Source: Nocardioides sp. (GTDB lineage: Bacteria > Actinomycetota > Actinomycetes > Propionibacteriales > Nocardioidaceae). Taken from it: 60,212 nucleotides of DNA. Shown here one piece after another: positions 18,709 through 30,309 of this stretch. The stretch covers positions 1-60,212 of the forward strand of contig NZ_DASWVI010000147.1 of the NCBI RefSeq assembly GCF_036401255.1, read 5' to 3'. The position numbers were made by a program, and so were the translations under genes. The notes under the pieces were generated by a model. The model had not been told where the DNA came from, made no database searches, and saw only the letters and a list, made by a program, of their open reading frames with translations. How positions within the stretch are numbered: position 1 is the first letter of the stretch; the number at the start of each line of letters is the position of its first letter.

Positions 18709-19372
18709 CCTCGGGCTGGTGCTCCAGCAGCCGCGCGGCGTACAGCGCCGCCTCGACCGCGGCCTCCAGGTCGGGATCGTCCGCGTCCTCCGCGTGCGGG
18801 TCGCCGCCCGGTGCGACGGTCCGCGCATGCAGGCGCGCGAGCAGGTCGTCGCGGGGCAGGCCCCGCAGCTGCAGCAGCAGGAACGGGTCGGCGTCGACCA
18901 GCCACGCCAGCTGGTGCAGCACCGCGAGCGCATGCACGCACGGATCGGTCCAGTGCTCGCACGTGCACGAGGACCCCAGCTCGCCGCCGTAGGGCAGCAG
19001 CTCGACCCCGGCCTCCTCGGCGTGCTCGACCAGACCGTGCGGCAGCTCCCCGGCCAGCAGCGCCGCGATCCGGCCGGACTCGGCGGCCACCGTCTCCACC
19101 AGCGCGTCCACGTCGGCCGGGTCGAGCACCGGCACGGTGCCCTCGACGGTCCACAGCCCGCGCCGGTCCTCGACCGACGCCACGAAGCGGCCCGGCTCGG
19201 TGCCGATCTGCCCGACCTGGCCGGCGCGGGCGATCGCCCGCGAGGCGACCAGCTCGGCGTCGGCGTACGCCGCCTCGTCGACGGCGCGCACCCACGCCTT
19301 GCCCCACCACGTCGTGGCCCGCACCGCCGAGCGGCGGGGCGCCAGGCGGGGGTGCAGCACGGTCGGGTTCAT
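18701..19372 (-). CDS. SWIM zinc finger protein
   Basis: TTWWGKAW N-terminus; CTC-x5-CVH SWIM motif; DPFLLLQLRG; ATGA coupling to SNF2. Confidence 0.85.
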   Translation of the reverse strand: MNPTVLHPRLAPRRSAVRATTWWGKAWVRAVDEAAYADAELVASRAIARAGQVGQIGTEPGRFVASVEDRRGLWTVEGTVPVLDPADVDALVETVAAESGRIAALLAGELPHGLVEHAEEAGVELLPYGGELGSSCTCEHWTDPCVHALAVLHQLAWLVDADPFLLLQLRGLPRDDLLARLHARTVAPGGDPHAEDADDPDLEAAVEAALYAARLLEHQPEVS

Positions 19373-22062
19373 CGGTCCGGGCGCAGGGCGACGAAGTCGC
19401 GCAGCTCGTCGTCGCTCAGCTCGGTCAGCGCGGCCTCGCCGCGGGAGAGCACCGCGTCGGCGAGCGCCCGCTTGCGCGTGAGCAGCTCGGCGACCTTGTC
19501 CTCGACGGTGCCGCGGGTGATCATCCGGTGCACCTGCACCGGCTTGGTCTGCCCGATCCGGTAGGCGCGGTCGGTGGCCTGCTCCTCCACGGCCGGGTTC
19601 CACCACCGGTCGACGTGCACGACGTGGTCGGCACGGGTGAGGTTGAGGCCGGTGCCCCCGGCCTTGAGCGAGAGCAGGAACACCGGGACCGCGCCGTCCT
19701 GGAAGCGGGCGACCATCGCCTCGCGCTCGCGCACGGGGGTGCCGCCGTGCAGCAGTTGGTGGGGTACGCCGGCGCGCGCCAGGTGGCCCTCGAGCAGTCG
19801 CGCCATCGCGACGTACTGGGTGAACACCAGCACCGCGCCGTCCTCGGCGAGGACGGTCCCGACGAGCTCGTCGAGCAGGTCGACCTTCTCGGAGCGCCCG
19901 GACAGCCGGGCGCCGGAGCGCTTGAGGAACTGGTCGGGGTGGTTGCAGATCTGCTTGAGGCCGGTCAGCAGCATCAGCACCAGTCCGCGCCGCGATGCCG
20001 GGTCACTGGGGTCGGCGCGCTCGATGCGTGCCATGGTGTCGCGCACGAACGACTCGTAGAGCACCACCTGCTCGCGGGTCAGGCTGAGCCGGTGGTCGGT
20101 CTCGGTCTTGGGCGGCAGCTCGGGGGCGATGCCGGGATCGGACTTGCGCCGGCGCAGCAGGAACGGCCCGATCAGGTCGGCGAACCGGCGGGCCTTGGTC
20201 GGCTCGAGCCCGGACTCGATCGGCCCGGCCCAGACCTTGCGGAACGCGTTGCGGCTGCCGAGCAACCCGGGCGTGGTCCAGTCGAGGATCGCCCACAGCT
20301 CGGTGAGGTTGTTCTCGACCGGGGTGCCGGTCAGCGCGACCCGGGCGGCGCTCTCGATCGAGCGCAGCGCCCGCGCCGTCGAGGTGCGCGGGTTCTTCAC
20401 GTGCTGGGCCTCGTCGGCCACCACGAGGTCCCACCGCACCGAGCCGAGCGACTCGGCGTCACGCCGCATCGTGCCGTACGTCGTGAGCACGAACCCGTCA
20501 CCGGCCAGCGACACATCCCGCGCGCTGCCGTGGAACCGCACCACCGGCACGCCGGGCGCGAACCGGCGGATCTCGTCCTCCCAGTTGCCGAGCAGGCTGG
20601 CCGGGCACACGACGAGGGTCGGCCCGGAGCAGCCGGCCTCGCGGCGGTGCAGGTGCAGCGCGATCAGCGTGACGGTCTTGCCCAGGCCCATGTCGTCGGC
20701 GAGGCAGGCCCCGAGCCCCAGCGAGGTCATCTCGGCGAGCCAGGTCAGCCCGTGGCGCTGGTAGTCGCGCAACGTCGCCCGCAGCGCGGCGGGCGGCTCG
20801 ACCGGCGACCGGGTCGCGGCGTTCAGGAGCCGGTCGCGGACCGTCAGCAGGCTCGCCCCGACGACGACCTCGTGATCGCTGTCGGCGACCTGCACCGACC
20901 CGGTGAGCGCGGCGGCCACGGCCTCGGCCGGCTTGACCGTGCGGATCAGCCGCCGGCGCGCCTTGCGCGCGATCGCCGGGTCGACCACGGTCCATGCGCC
21001 GCGCAGCCGCAGCAGCGGCGAGGCGGACCGGGCGAGCTGGTCCATCTCCTCGGCGGTGAGCGGGTCGCCGTGCAGCGCGATCTGCCAGTTGAACGCGAAC
21101 AGCGCCTCGGTGCCGAGCACCGGCTCGTTGAGCGGCTCCTCGCGCGGCTCGGCCGGCGCCCGGTCGAGGACGGTGGTGGCCGTCAGGTCGCGACCGAGCG
21201 AGCGCGGCCACAGCACGTCGATGCCGGCCGCTCGGAGGGCGCCCACGCCCTCGTCGAGGAGGCTGACGAGCTCGTCGGTGTCGAGGGCCAGCTCGTCGGG
21301 CACGCGCAGCTCCAGGAGGCGGTCGAGCACCGGCCACGCCTCGGCCGCGGCACGCAGCGCGATCGTCGCGTGGGTGCGGGCCCGCTCGCCGAAGCCGTGC
21401 TCCTCGGGCGTCCCGGTCCACAGCAGCGCGAGGTCGCAGAGGTGGAGCGGGTTCTGCTCGTCGTGCGCCTGCGGCACGAGGCGTACGGCGCCTCCGACCA
21501 GCTCCTCCTCGTCGGCCTCGACCCGCAGCGAGATCGTGACGAGCTGCGGCAGCTCGCGCGCGTCGACGCGCCGGTGGCGCTCCAGCCGCGCCTGCAGGCG
21601 CTCCTCGAAGGTCGGGCGGCGCTCGCGCGGCGGGGTCGTCGCGCTCGTCGGCGGATGCGGCCGACCATGAGCCGGCCCCCGCGGCTGGGTGCGCGGCATC
21701 GCGTCCGCGACCGCGTCGAGGAGGTCACGGACCAGCCGCTCGTCGTCGGCGCCGGCGCGTGCGAGCATCGCGATCCGGTGCTCGTCGTCGTCGTCGAGGC
21801 CGGAGACCCGCCAGGCGGGCGGGCTGCCGGCCGGGGCGAACTTGCCCGCGGCCACGAGCCGCAGCCCGAGCAGGGCCGCGCCCGACAGCACGCCCACGGT
21901 CGGGTGCAGGTCGTCACGCGAGCGGGCCTTGGTGAGCACCGGCAGCGCCGCCCGGATCGGCAGGCTGACCGTGCGTCGCTCGTCGGTGAACTCCACGACG
22001 CCCTCCCGGGGCGGGTCGGCGGCACGGAAGGTGGCCGGGCCGGTGACCGGGACGAAGCTCAC
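19369..22062 (-). CDS. SNF2-family helicase/ATPase
   Basis: LRDYQRHG, LADDMGLGKT, DEAQHVKN, LTGTPVENNL, WWNPAVEEQATDRAYRIGQ; GTG 6 nt after TACGGT. Confidence 0.93.
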   Translation of the reverse strand: MSFVPVTGPATFRAADPPREGVVEFTDERRTVSLPIRAALPVLTKARSRDDLHPTVGVLSGAALLGLRLVAAGKFAPAGSPPAWRVSGLDDDDEHRIAMLARAGADDERLVRDLLDAVADAMPRTQPRGPAHGRPHPPTSATTPPRERRPTFEERLQARLERHRRVDARELPQLVTISLRVEADEEELVGGAVRLVPQAHDEQNPLHLCDLALLWTGTPEEHGFGERARTHATIALRAAAEAWPVLDRLLELRVPDELALDTDELVSLLDEGVGALRAAGIDVLWPRSLGRDLTATTVLDRAPAEPREEPLNEPVLGTEALFAFNWQIALHGDPLTAEEMDQLARSASPLLRLRGAWTVVDPAIARKARRRLIRTVKPAEAVAAALTGSVQVADSDHEVVVGASLLTVRDRLLNAATRSPVEPPAALRATLRDYQRHGLTWLAEMTSLGLGACLADDMGLGKTVTLIALHLHRREAGCSGPTLVVCPASLLGNWEDEIRRFAPGVPVVRFHGSARDVSLAGDGFVLTTYGTMRRDAESLGSVRWDLVVADEAQHVKNPRTSTARALRSIESAARVALTGTPVENNLTELWAILDWTTPGLLGSRNAFRKVWAGPIESGLEPTKARRFADLIGPFLLRRRKSDPGIAPELPPKTETDHRLSLTREQVVLYESFVRDTMARIERADPSDPASRRGLVLMLLTGLKQICNHPDQFLKRSGARLSGRSEKVDLLDELVGTVLAEDGAVLVFTQYVAMARLLEGHLARAGVPHQLLHGGTPVREREAMVARFQDGAVPVFLLSLKAGGTGLNLTRADHVVHVDRWWNPAVEEQATDRAYRIGQTKPVQVHRMITRGTVEDKVAELLTRKRALADAVLSRGEAALTELSDDELRDFVALRPDR

Positions 22063-22122
22063 GCTGTGACCGTAGTCGGCGACACCGACGGGGCGCTTCG
22101 GGGCGCCACGTAGCCTGCTGGC

Positions 22123-22611
22123 ATGAGCATCCTCGACGCCCCCATCGCGCGCCTGGACGGCACCCCCACCACCCTCGGCGAGATCACCGGCGGCCGGCCC
22201 GCGCTCCTCGTCAACGTGGCGAGCAAGTGCGGGCTGACCCCGCAGTACACCGGCCTCGAGGAGCTCCACGAGCAGCACGCGGCCCGCGGCTTCTCGGTGG
22301 TCGGCCTGCCCTGCAACCAGTTCGGCGGCCAGGAGCCGGGGTCCTCGGAGGAGATCGCCGAGTTCTGCTCCGCGACGTACGGCGTGACGTTCCCGATGAC
22401 CGAGAAGATCGAGGTCAACGGAGAGGGCCGGCACGAGATCTACCGCGCTCTCGTCGAGACCCCGAACGAGAACGGCGAGGCCGGCGACATCGCCTGGAAC
22501 TTCGAGAAGTTCCTCGTCGACGGCGACGGTGCGGTCGTGGCCCGGTTCAGCCCCGGCGTCGAGCCCGGCGACCCGCGACTCGTCGCGGCCGTGCAGGCCC
22601 GGCTGGGGTGA
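22123..22611 (+). CDS. glutathione peroxidase family protein (Cys type)
   Basis: VNVASKCGLTPQY, PCNQFGGQEPG, WNFEKFLV. Confidence 0.93.
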   Translation: MSILDAPIARLDGTPTTLGEITGGRPALLVNVASKCGLTPQYTGLEELHEQHAARGFSVVGLPCNQFGGQEPGSSEEIAEFCSATYGVTFPMTEKIEVNGEGRHEIYRALVETPNENGEAGDIAWNFEKFLVDGDGAVVARFSPGVEPGDPRLVAAVQARLG

Positions 22612-22619
22612 GACCCGCG

Positions 22620-22790
22620 TCCTCCTGGTGACCGAGCGCACAGCACGCGCACGCCGGGGGAGGAAGAACGCCGGCACCAGCACCAGGGCGACCATGATGG
22701 TGGCCACCACGAACACGTGCGCGAACGCGTCGGCCAGGCCGGGGACGAACGTGGCCGGGTCGGACGGGTCGAGGTCGATGGTGCCGCAAG
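22620..22790 (-). pseudogene. probable C-terminal remnant of a DHA2-type MFS transporter
   Basis: GLADAFAHVFVVATIMVALVLVPAFFLPRR resembles the last TM helix of EmrB/QacA proteins; no upstream body. Confidence 0.5.
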
Positions 22791-22873
22791 GTCGCCCAGC
22801 CCGACCCGGCCCTGGTCGTCGGCCACTGAGCACACCGTCCGGATAGCGGCCACGAGGGTCGACCTTCCGGACC

Positions 22874-22954
22874 TGTCAGCCAGAACCCGCGCGACACGCC
22901 GATGCCCACCGGCGTGTCGTGCGGGTTTCACCGGTCAGCCGGTGAAACCCGCAC
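22874..22954. repeat. REP-like nested palindromic element, family A copy 2
   Basis: tgtcagccagaacccgcgcgacacgccg..cggcgtgtcgtgcgggtttcaccgg..ccggtgaaacccgc matches the reverse complement of 418-510. Confidence 0.8.
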
Positions 22955-22958
22955 GCCG

Positions 22959-23639
22959 TCACCGACCGGCGGCACTCCGCTCCGCGAGCCGGACCGCGGC
23001 CTCGCGCACCAGCTCGGCGCGGTCGGGGTCGGCGGCGGCCTGCTCGGGGACCTCACCGCCGAGTAGACCGGCGGGCTGGGTGAGCCACGCCCACACCTTC
23101 CAGGGATCCATCCGCGCCGCGAGCAGCGGCTCGAGCACGGGGCCGAGCTCGGGCCGCAGGTTGCCGTCGGGGGTGAGCTGGAACGCCGGGACCAGGGTGC
23201 GCTCGTCGGCGGCGACCACGAGCAGCCGGTGCTCACCACCGGCCTTGTGCACCACGAACCGGGTTGCGTCGACCGAGGACTCCCGCAGCTCGGCGAGCGT
23301 CTCGTACGTGAACCACGGGCTCTCCAGGAGCTCCTGGCGCAACCGTGCCTGACGGGCGATCTGCACCAGCTGGACGGGCACGGCGTGCTTCGGCTCGGAG
23401 CCCTCGCTGCGCAGCAGCCGCTCGAGGTCGACCAGCTGGTCTCCCGACATCGGCAGCCCGGTGTGCGGGTCGGTCCACGCGACCGTCCCTCGCGCGTCGC
23501 GCGCGAAGGTCGGCAGCCCGGCGGCCGCCAGGTGGTCAGCGAGGCCGAGGGACTCGAGCCAGGCGGCGAGCCGCTCACCGAGCTCCCCCACTCGAACGTC
23601 CACCTGCGAGCCGTCGTGCGTGCCGTCCTGCGAAGTCAT
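22959..23639 (-). CDS. hypothetical protein with MbcA/ParS/Rv2175c-like C-terminus
   Basis: LVPAFQL...WAWLTQPAGLLGGEVP motif. Confidence 0.6.
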   Translation of the reverse strand: MTSQDGTHDGSQVDVRVGELGERLAAWLESLGLADHLAAAGLPTFARDARGTVAWTDPHTGLPMSGDQLVDLERLLRSEGSEPKHAVPVQLVQIARQARLRQELLESPWFTYETLAELRESSVDATRFVVHKAGGEHRLLVVAADERTLVPAFQLTPDGNLRPELGPVLEPLLAARMDPWKVWAWLTQPAGLLGGEVPEQAAADPDRAELVREAAVRLAERSAAGR

Positions 23640-23673
23640 GCCATCAGAGTGCCGCACCCGATCCGCGGAGGCG

Positions 23674-24774
23674 TCATCGGTCGGCGGCCAACGCCTCGCC
23701 GAGGAAGTCCAGGACCCGCCGTTCCCACTCGTCCGGGGCCGTGCGCAGCCCCGCCACGTGGCCGGCGCCGGGGACAGTCCAGACCTCGACCGCCTCCGGG
23801 GCGGCTCGCTCGAGCCGCTCCGCGGCCAGGCCCTCGGTCTCGACGTCGCCGGCGGCCACGAGGAGGAACGAGGTCCCCCGGGCCGCCGCGGCGACGACCG
23901 AGTCACGCAACGGGGCGGGCTCGGGCGCCGGGGTCAGCAGGCCGGCCACGGCGTACGTCCCCACGTCGATCGCCTGCTGGAGGTGTCCACGGACGCCGTA
24001 CGCATCCAGGTAGGCCTTGTCGGCGGCGACCCGGTTGGTGGCGCCCTCGGCCACGACCGCGCGGACGCGGTCGTCGACGCCGGCGGCCCCGATCGCCTCC
24101 TCGCCGCCCATGGACAGGCCGAGCAGCCCGATGCGGTCCGGCGCCACGCCCGGCTGAGCGACCAGGAAGTCGACGGCGGCCGCCACGTCGCGCTCGCCCC
24201 ACCAGCCCAGGTCCATGCCGCGTCCGTCGCTCTCGCCGTGACCGCGGGCGTCGACGAGCAGCACGCCGTAGCCGGCCCGGGCGACCACGCCGGCCTGGTC
24301 GAGGGCGGCGGTGCGGGTCGACCCCGCGCCGTGCAGGACGACCACGGCCGCGCCGTTGCTCGGCGCCACCCACCAGGCGGCCAACGCGACGTCGTCGGAG
24401 GTCCGCAACGCGACGTCGTCGTAGGCCAGGCCGACGTCGGCCGGGGTGCGCGAGCCCAGGTCCGGCCGGGCGGGCAGACCGGCCGCGACGCCCAGTCCGA
24501 CCGTCCAGGCGGCGAGGTACGTCGCGACCAGCAGCAGCGGGATCGTCAGCGCCCACCAGCGCCGCCGGGTCGAGCCGAGCAGCCGCCGGACCGACCGGAC
24601 GGCGAGCAGGGCGCCGACCACCAGCAGCGCCGCCCCGACCAGGCCCAGGACACCCAAGCCCTCCTTGCGCAGGTGCGGCAGCGCGAGGCCGAGCCCGGCC
24701 GACGCGACCACGGCGGCGCCGGTGAACGCCGATCCGGCGAGGAGGATGCGCCCCCGAGGCTGCTGCTCAGGCAC
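23674..24774 (-). CDS. membrane-anchored alpha/beta hydrolase
   Basis: Three N-terminal TM helices; LHG, DARGHGESDG, GLSMG, GAGH. Confidence 0.85.
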   Translation of the reverse strand: MPEQQPRGRILLAGSAFTGAAVVASAGLGLALPHLRKEGLGVLGLVGAALLVVGALLAVRSVRRLLGSTRRRWWALTIPLLLVATYLAAWTVGLGVAAGLPARPDLGSRTPADVGLAYDDVALRTSDDVALAAWWVAPSNGAAVVVLHGAGSTRTAALDQAGVVARAGYGVLLVDARGHGESDGRGMDLGWWGERDVAAAVDFLVAQPGVAPDRIGLLGLSMGGEEAIGAAGVDDRVRAVVAEGATNRVAADKAYLDAYGVRGHLQQAIDVGTYAVAGLLTPAPEPAPLRDSVVAAAARGTSFLLVAAGDVETEGLAAERLERAAPEAVEVWTVPGAGHVAGLRTAPDEWERRVLDFLGEALAADR

Positions 24775-24837
24775 GACGCGACGCTAGGAGCACCCGGCGG
24801 CCCGCCGCCAGGGCAGAAGGTCCGCAGAGGTCCGTCG

Positions 24838-26946
<2,109 letters not shown>

Positions 26947-27217
26947 GCGGCCTGTCTACCAGCCGGCTCCGACGGGCCCCCGAGACCGGCCGTCGAGATT
27001 GGCCGTCGAGATTGATGCCCGCGCGAGGTATCTGGCCCGGCCGGCTCCGCTCCTGGTCAGCGCCGGCGCGCGCAGGCACGGGGGCGTGTGCGCGCCGGCA
27101 CCCCGTAGCATGCGGCCATGCGTCCCTCGGCCCGCGCCGCGCACGTCGGTGTTGGAGCAGACGCCCGGCCAGGTCGTCTCGGTCGTCCAGGTCGTCCAGG
27201 TCGTCCAGGCGGTCGGC

Positions 27218-28198
27218 GTGGGTGAGGTCTTCGCACGCCGCTACGAGCTGCTCGATCCCATCGCCGACGGCGGCATGGGCTCGGTGTGGCTGGTCCGCGA
27301 CCTGACCGAGGGCGACGTCAAGGTGGCGAAGCTGCTGCGCCAGAGCGACGCGGGCTCGTTGTTGCGGTTCATGCGGGAGCAGTCGACCCGCATCCACCAC
27401 CCGCACGTCGTCACCCCGCTGTCCTGGGTGGGCGAGGACGACTCCGTGCTGTTCACGATGCCGCTGGTGCGCGGCGGCTCGGTGGCCGCGCTGATCGGGG
27501 ACTGGGGCGCGCTGCCCGAGCAGTGGACCGTGGAGATCGTGGCGCAGGCCCTGACCGCCCTGGACGCCGTGCACGGCGCCCGCGTGGTGCACCGGGACGT
27601 GAAGCCCGCGAACCTGCTGCTCGAGCCCACCGGGCCCGGGCGGCCGCACGTCCGGCTGTCCGACTTCGGCATCGCCGCGCCCCTCGACCAGCCTCGGATG
27701 ACCGTCGCCGCGACGGCGCTCGGCACGCCGGGCTACGTGGCGCCCGAGCAGCGCGCCGGCGGCGACCCCGATCCGCGTCAGGACCTCTACTCCGTCGGGA
27801 TCGTCGGCCTCGAGATGCTGCTGGGACATCCGCCGCCGTTCACCCTCGACGAGCTCCCGACGACGCCACTCGCGCGGTTCCTCGCCCGGGCGTCCGATCC
27901 GGACCCCGAGCGCCGACCCGACTCCGCCGCGACGATGCTCGCCGAGCTGCGCGCCGAGTGGCCCGAGCGGCCGTGGCCGGACGGCGAGATCGAGGTCCTC
28001 GACCAGTTCGCACCGCACGGGAACACGCCCCGGTCGGCGGAGCCCCGGCTCGAGCCACCGACGACCGTGCTGCCCCGCGAGGCGCCGGCCACGCCGCCGC
28101 ACCCGCGCCGGCAGCCGTCGATGGCCCCGATCGTGGCGCTCGGCATCGCCGGGGTGCTCCTGGTCCTCGCCGCCGTGGTGCTCCTCGTCGTCGGCTGA
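27218..28198 (+). CDS. Hanks-type Ser/Thr protein kinase with C-terminal TM helix
   Basis: GGMGSVW, VAK, HRDVKPANLL, DFGIA, GTPGYVAPE. Start placed at GTG of VGEVFARRYEL (uncertain). Confidence 0.88.
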   Translation: MGEVFARRYELLDPIADGGMGSVWLVRDLTEGDVKVAKLLRQSDAGSLLRFMREQSTRIHHPHVVTPLSWVGEDDSVLFTMPLVRGGSVAALIGDWGALPEQWTVEIVAQALTALDAVHGARVVHRDVKPANLLLEPTGPGRPHVRLSDFGIAAPLDQPRMTVAATALGTPGYVAPEQRAGGDPDPRQDLYSVGIVGLEMLLGHPPPFTLDELPTTPLARFLARASDPDPERRPDSAATMLAELRAEWPERPWPDGEIEVLDQFAPHGNTPRSAEPRLEPPTTVLPREAPATPPHPRRQPSMAPIVALGIAGVLLVLAAVVLLVVG

Positions 28199-28237
28199 TC
28201 ACGCGCGTCGCGGGGTCTCGCCGCGGACCGGCGGGGT

Positions 28238-28292
28238 GGGACCGGCGGTAGGACCCAGGGCCCAGGAGGACGGAGCCGCTCGCGCCTAGCGT
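28238..28292 (+). promoter_or_regulatory. Tad-type promoter, copy A
   Basis: GGGACC (28238), AGGACC (28250), GGGCCC (28258), 23-nt gap, TAGCGT (28287), ATG 7 nt later. Confidence 0.55.
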
Positions 28293-28299
28293 GCGCGGC

Positions 28300-28923
28300 A
28301 TGACCAGGCGCGCAACACGCTCTCTCGGCCTCGCCGTCGCGTTGATGGGGATCGGCGTCACCATGGCCGGCTGCGGCCACGAGACCGGCACCGCAGCCGA
28401 CGCCTCCAACACGGTGAGCACCGCCGACTACCTGATCACCTCCGAGGCGCTGCCGCGCGGCTGGGGCGACAGCAACTCCCAGGGCGTCGACTACCGGGTC
28501 AGCGTGTGCGGCGTCGACCTGGAGCCGACGCCACCGGTGCGCGCGACGAGCATCCGGTTCTCCGAGGGCCCACTCGGTCCGTTCCTCGAACAGCACGTCC
28601 GCGTCTACGACTCCGACGTCACGTCCGGGGTGATCGACCGGTTGCGGGAGGCGCTGCCCGGCTGCTCCGCCTACACGGTGACGGGCAGAGGGCCGGACAA
28701 GCCGACCGCGCGCTTCACCGTCGAGCCGCTCACGGTGGACGGTGCACCGGCCGACAGCGTGGCCTGGCGGCAGACTAGCCACGGCAGGCTCCCGGTCACC
28801 TCGGACTTCCTGCTGGTGCGCCGCGGCGACGCCGCGGTCATGCTGATGTCCTACGCCATCCGGCACGATCCCGACCCGCGGGTGCTCGAGCAGGCCGCCG
28901 CGGCCCTCCCCGAGGGGCAGTGA
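28300..28923 (+). CDS. lipoprotein with PknH-extracellular-like (sensor) fold
   Basis: Lipobox TMAGC; two further Cys; GPFLEQHVRVY...DRLREALPGC pattern. Fold call is by eye. Confidence 0.65.
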   Translation: MTRRATRSLGLAVALMGIGVTMAGCGHETGTAADASNTVSTADYLITSEALPRGWGDSNSQGVDYRVSVCGVDLEPTPPVRATSIRFSEGPLGPFLEQHVRVYDSDVTSGVIDRLREALPGCSAYTVTGRGPDKPTARFTVEPLTVDGAPADSVAWRQTSHGRLPVTSDFLLVRRGDAAVMLMSYAIRHDPDPRVLEQAAAALPEGQ

Positions 28924-28924
28924 G

Positions 28925-29986
28925 ATGGCGGCCGTCCGGCGTGACGAGCGCGGCGCGGGCACCGTCGAGTACGTCGGCGCGACGATCGCCGCCGCGATCC
29001 TGGCGCTCGGCGTCCTGGCCACCCCGGCGAGCGGCACGATCTCCAACGCCTTCGCCCAGGCGGTCTGCAGCGTCATCCAGCGCGACGGCTGCGGCGTCAC
29101 ACCGGGGTCCGGTGAGACGCCCCTGGAACAGGCCACGAGCGGTGACTACGTCGCGCTCGGCGACAGCTACTCCTCGGGCGAGGGTGCCTGGGACTACGAG
29201 GACGGAACGGACTTCGACGACCGCGACGACCTGTGGCCCTTCAACGACGACGAGGAGGACCACAACCGCTGCCACCGCTCCGAGAACGCGTACTCGCAGG
29301 TGGTGGCCTCCAGCAACGACTTCGCCGGCGACGTCACGTTCGTCGCCTGCTCGGGCGCCGTGATCACCGACCTCACCCACTCCAACCACGGCAACACCGG
29401 CGAGGACCCCCAGCTCGACGCCCTGGACGAGGATGTCTCGTTGGTGACGATGACGATGGGCGGCAACGACCTCGGCTTCGCCGACGTCGTCAAGGACTGC
29501 ATCATCAACGGCGCGCGCGGGGTGGGGTTCGTCGACAGCTGCCAGGAGAAGCACGACCAGCGCATCGAGGACCTGCTGCCGGAGCTGGAGCAGCGCCTGA
29601 TCGACCAGTACCGGGCGATCAAGGAGAAGGCGCCGAACGCGCGGGTCGTCATCATCGGCTACCCGCAGCTGTTCCCCGAGCACCCCGGCGACGACTACCA
29701 CGACCTGCTCTACAAGGAGGACCAGGTCTGGATGAACGAGAAGGCCGCCGAGCTCAACGCGATGCTGCGCGACGCCGCCCGGCAGGCCGGTGTCGAGTTC
29801 GTCGATCCCACCGACATCTTCCGCGGCCACGGCATCGGCAGCGACGACCCGTGGATCAACGACCTCGACTGGGGCGGGCCGGGACTGATGATCGTCGACC
29901 CGAGCAGCTTCCACCCCAACGCGGCCGGCCACGCGGCCATCGCCCAGCTGATCCAGCAGCAGCTCGAGCACCCCGTGTACCCCTGA
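28925..29986 (+). CDS. Flp-prepilin-fused SGNH/GDSL hydrolase
   Basis: RRDERG|AGTVEY + hydrophobic helix; SGNH blocks GDSYSSG, ACSGA, GGND, FHPN. Confidence 0.88.
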   Translation: MAAVRRDERGAGTVEYVGATIAAAILALGVLATPASGTISNAFAQAVCSVIQRDGCGVTPGSGETPLEQATSGDYVALGDSYSSGEGAWDYEDGTDFDDRDDLWPFNDDEEDHNRCHRSENAYSQVVASSNDFAGDVTFVACSGAVITDLTHSNHGNTGEDPQLDALDEDVSLVTMTMGGNDLGFADVVKDCIINGARGVGFVDSCQEKHDQRIEDLLPELEQRLIDQYRAIKEKAPNARVVIIGYPQLFPEHPGDDYHDLLYKEDQVWMNEKAAELNAMLRDAARQAGVEFVDPTDIFRGHGIGSDDPWINDLDWGGPGLMIVDPSSFHPNAAGHAAIAQLIQQQLEHPVYP

Positions 29987-30030
29987 GCCTGCCCGTGGTT
30001 AGGGTGGCGGCCGTCGACGAGGAGGACCCG

Positions 30031-30306
30031 GTGAGCGCAGGCACGGTACGGACGATGGCCGCGGTGTGCCTGCTCGGCTGTGGGGTCCTCGTGCTCCACG
30101 CGCTGATCCTCGGCATGCACGTCGAGGCGACGCCGCAGGCCCTTGAGGACGCCGACCGCGGGCGCGCTGTCGGCTACCCGGCGGCCGCGGGAGCGGTGGC
30201 GGCCCTCGTGGCGATGGCCGGCGCCGGGCGGCGCTGGGGCACCGGCGCACTCGCGGTCGGCCTGGTCCTCGGGCTCCTCGCCCTGGGCCTCGACGTCCGC
30301 GGCTGA
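30031..30306 (+). CDS. small three-TM membrane protein
   Basis: RBS GAGGAGG, GTG start, three hydrophobic segments. Confidence 0.65.
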   Translation: MSAGTVRTMAAVCLLGCGVLVLHALILGMHVEATPQALEDADRGRAVGYPAAAGAVAALVAMAGAGRRWGTGALAVGLVLGLLALGLDVRG

Positions 30307-30309
30307 TCC

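Noticed and set aside
18701-22062. SNF2 + SWIM pair as a novel defence system
   Set aside because: A widespread, already described gene pair in Actinomycetota, with no nuclease or other defence gene adjacent.
22123-22611. Selenocysteine in glutathione peroxidase
   Set aside because: The active-site codon is TGC (Cys) and there is no in-frame TGA.
22063-22833. N-terminal extension fusing a TM segment to the SNF2 helicase
   Set aside because: It runs antisense through the clear gpx gene; SNF2 has its own -10 box and GTG at 22062.
26987-27013. Tandem GGCCGTCGAGATT duplication upstream of the helicase gene
   Set aside because: Two copies only; cannot distinguish a regulatory site from a repeat remnant or slippage.
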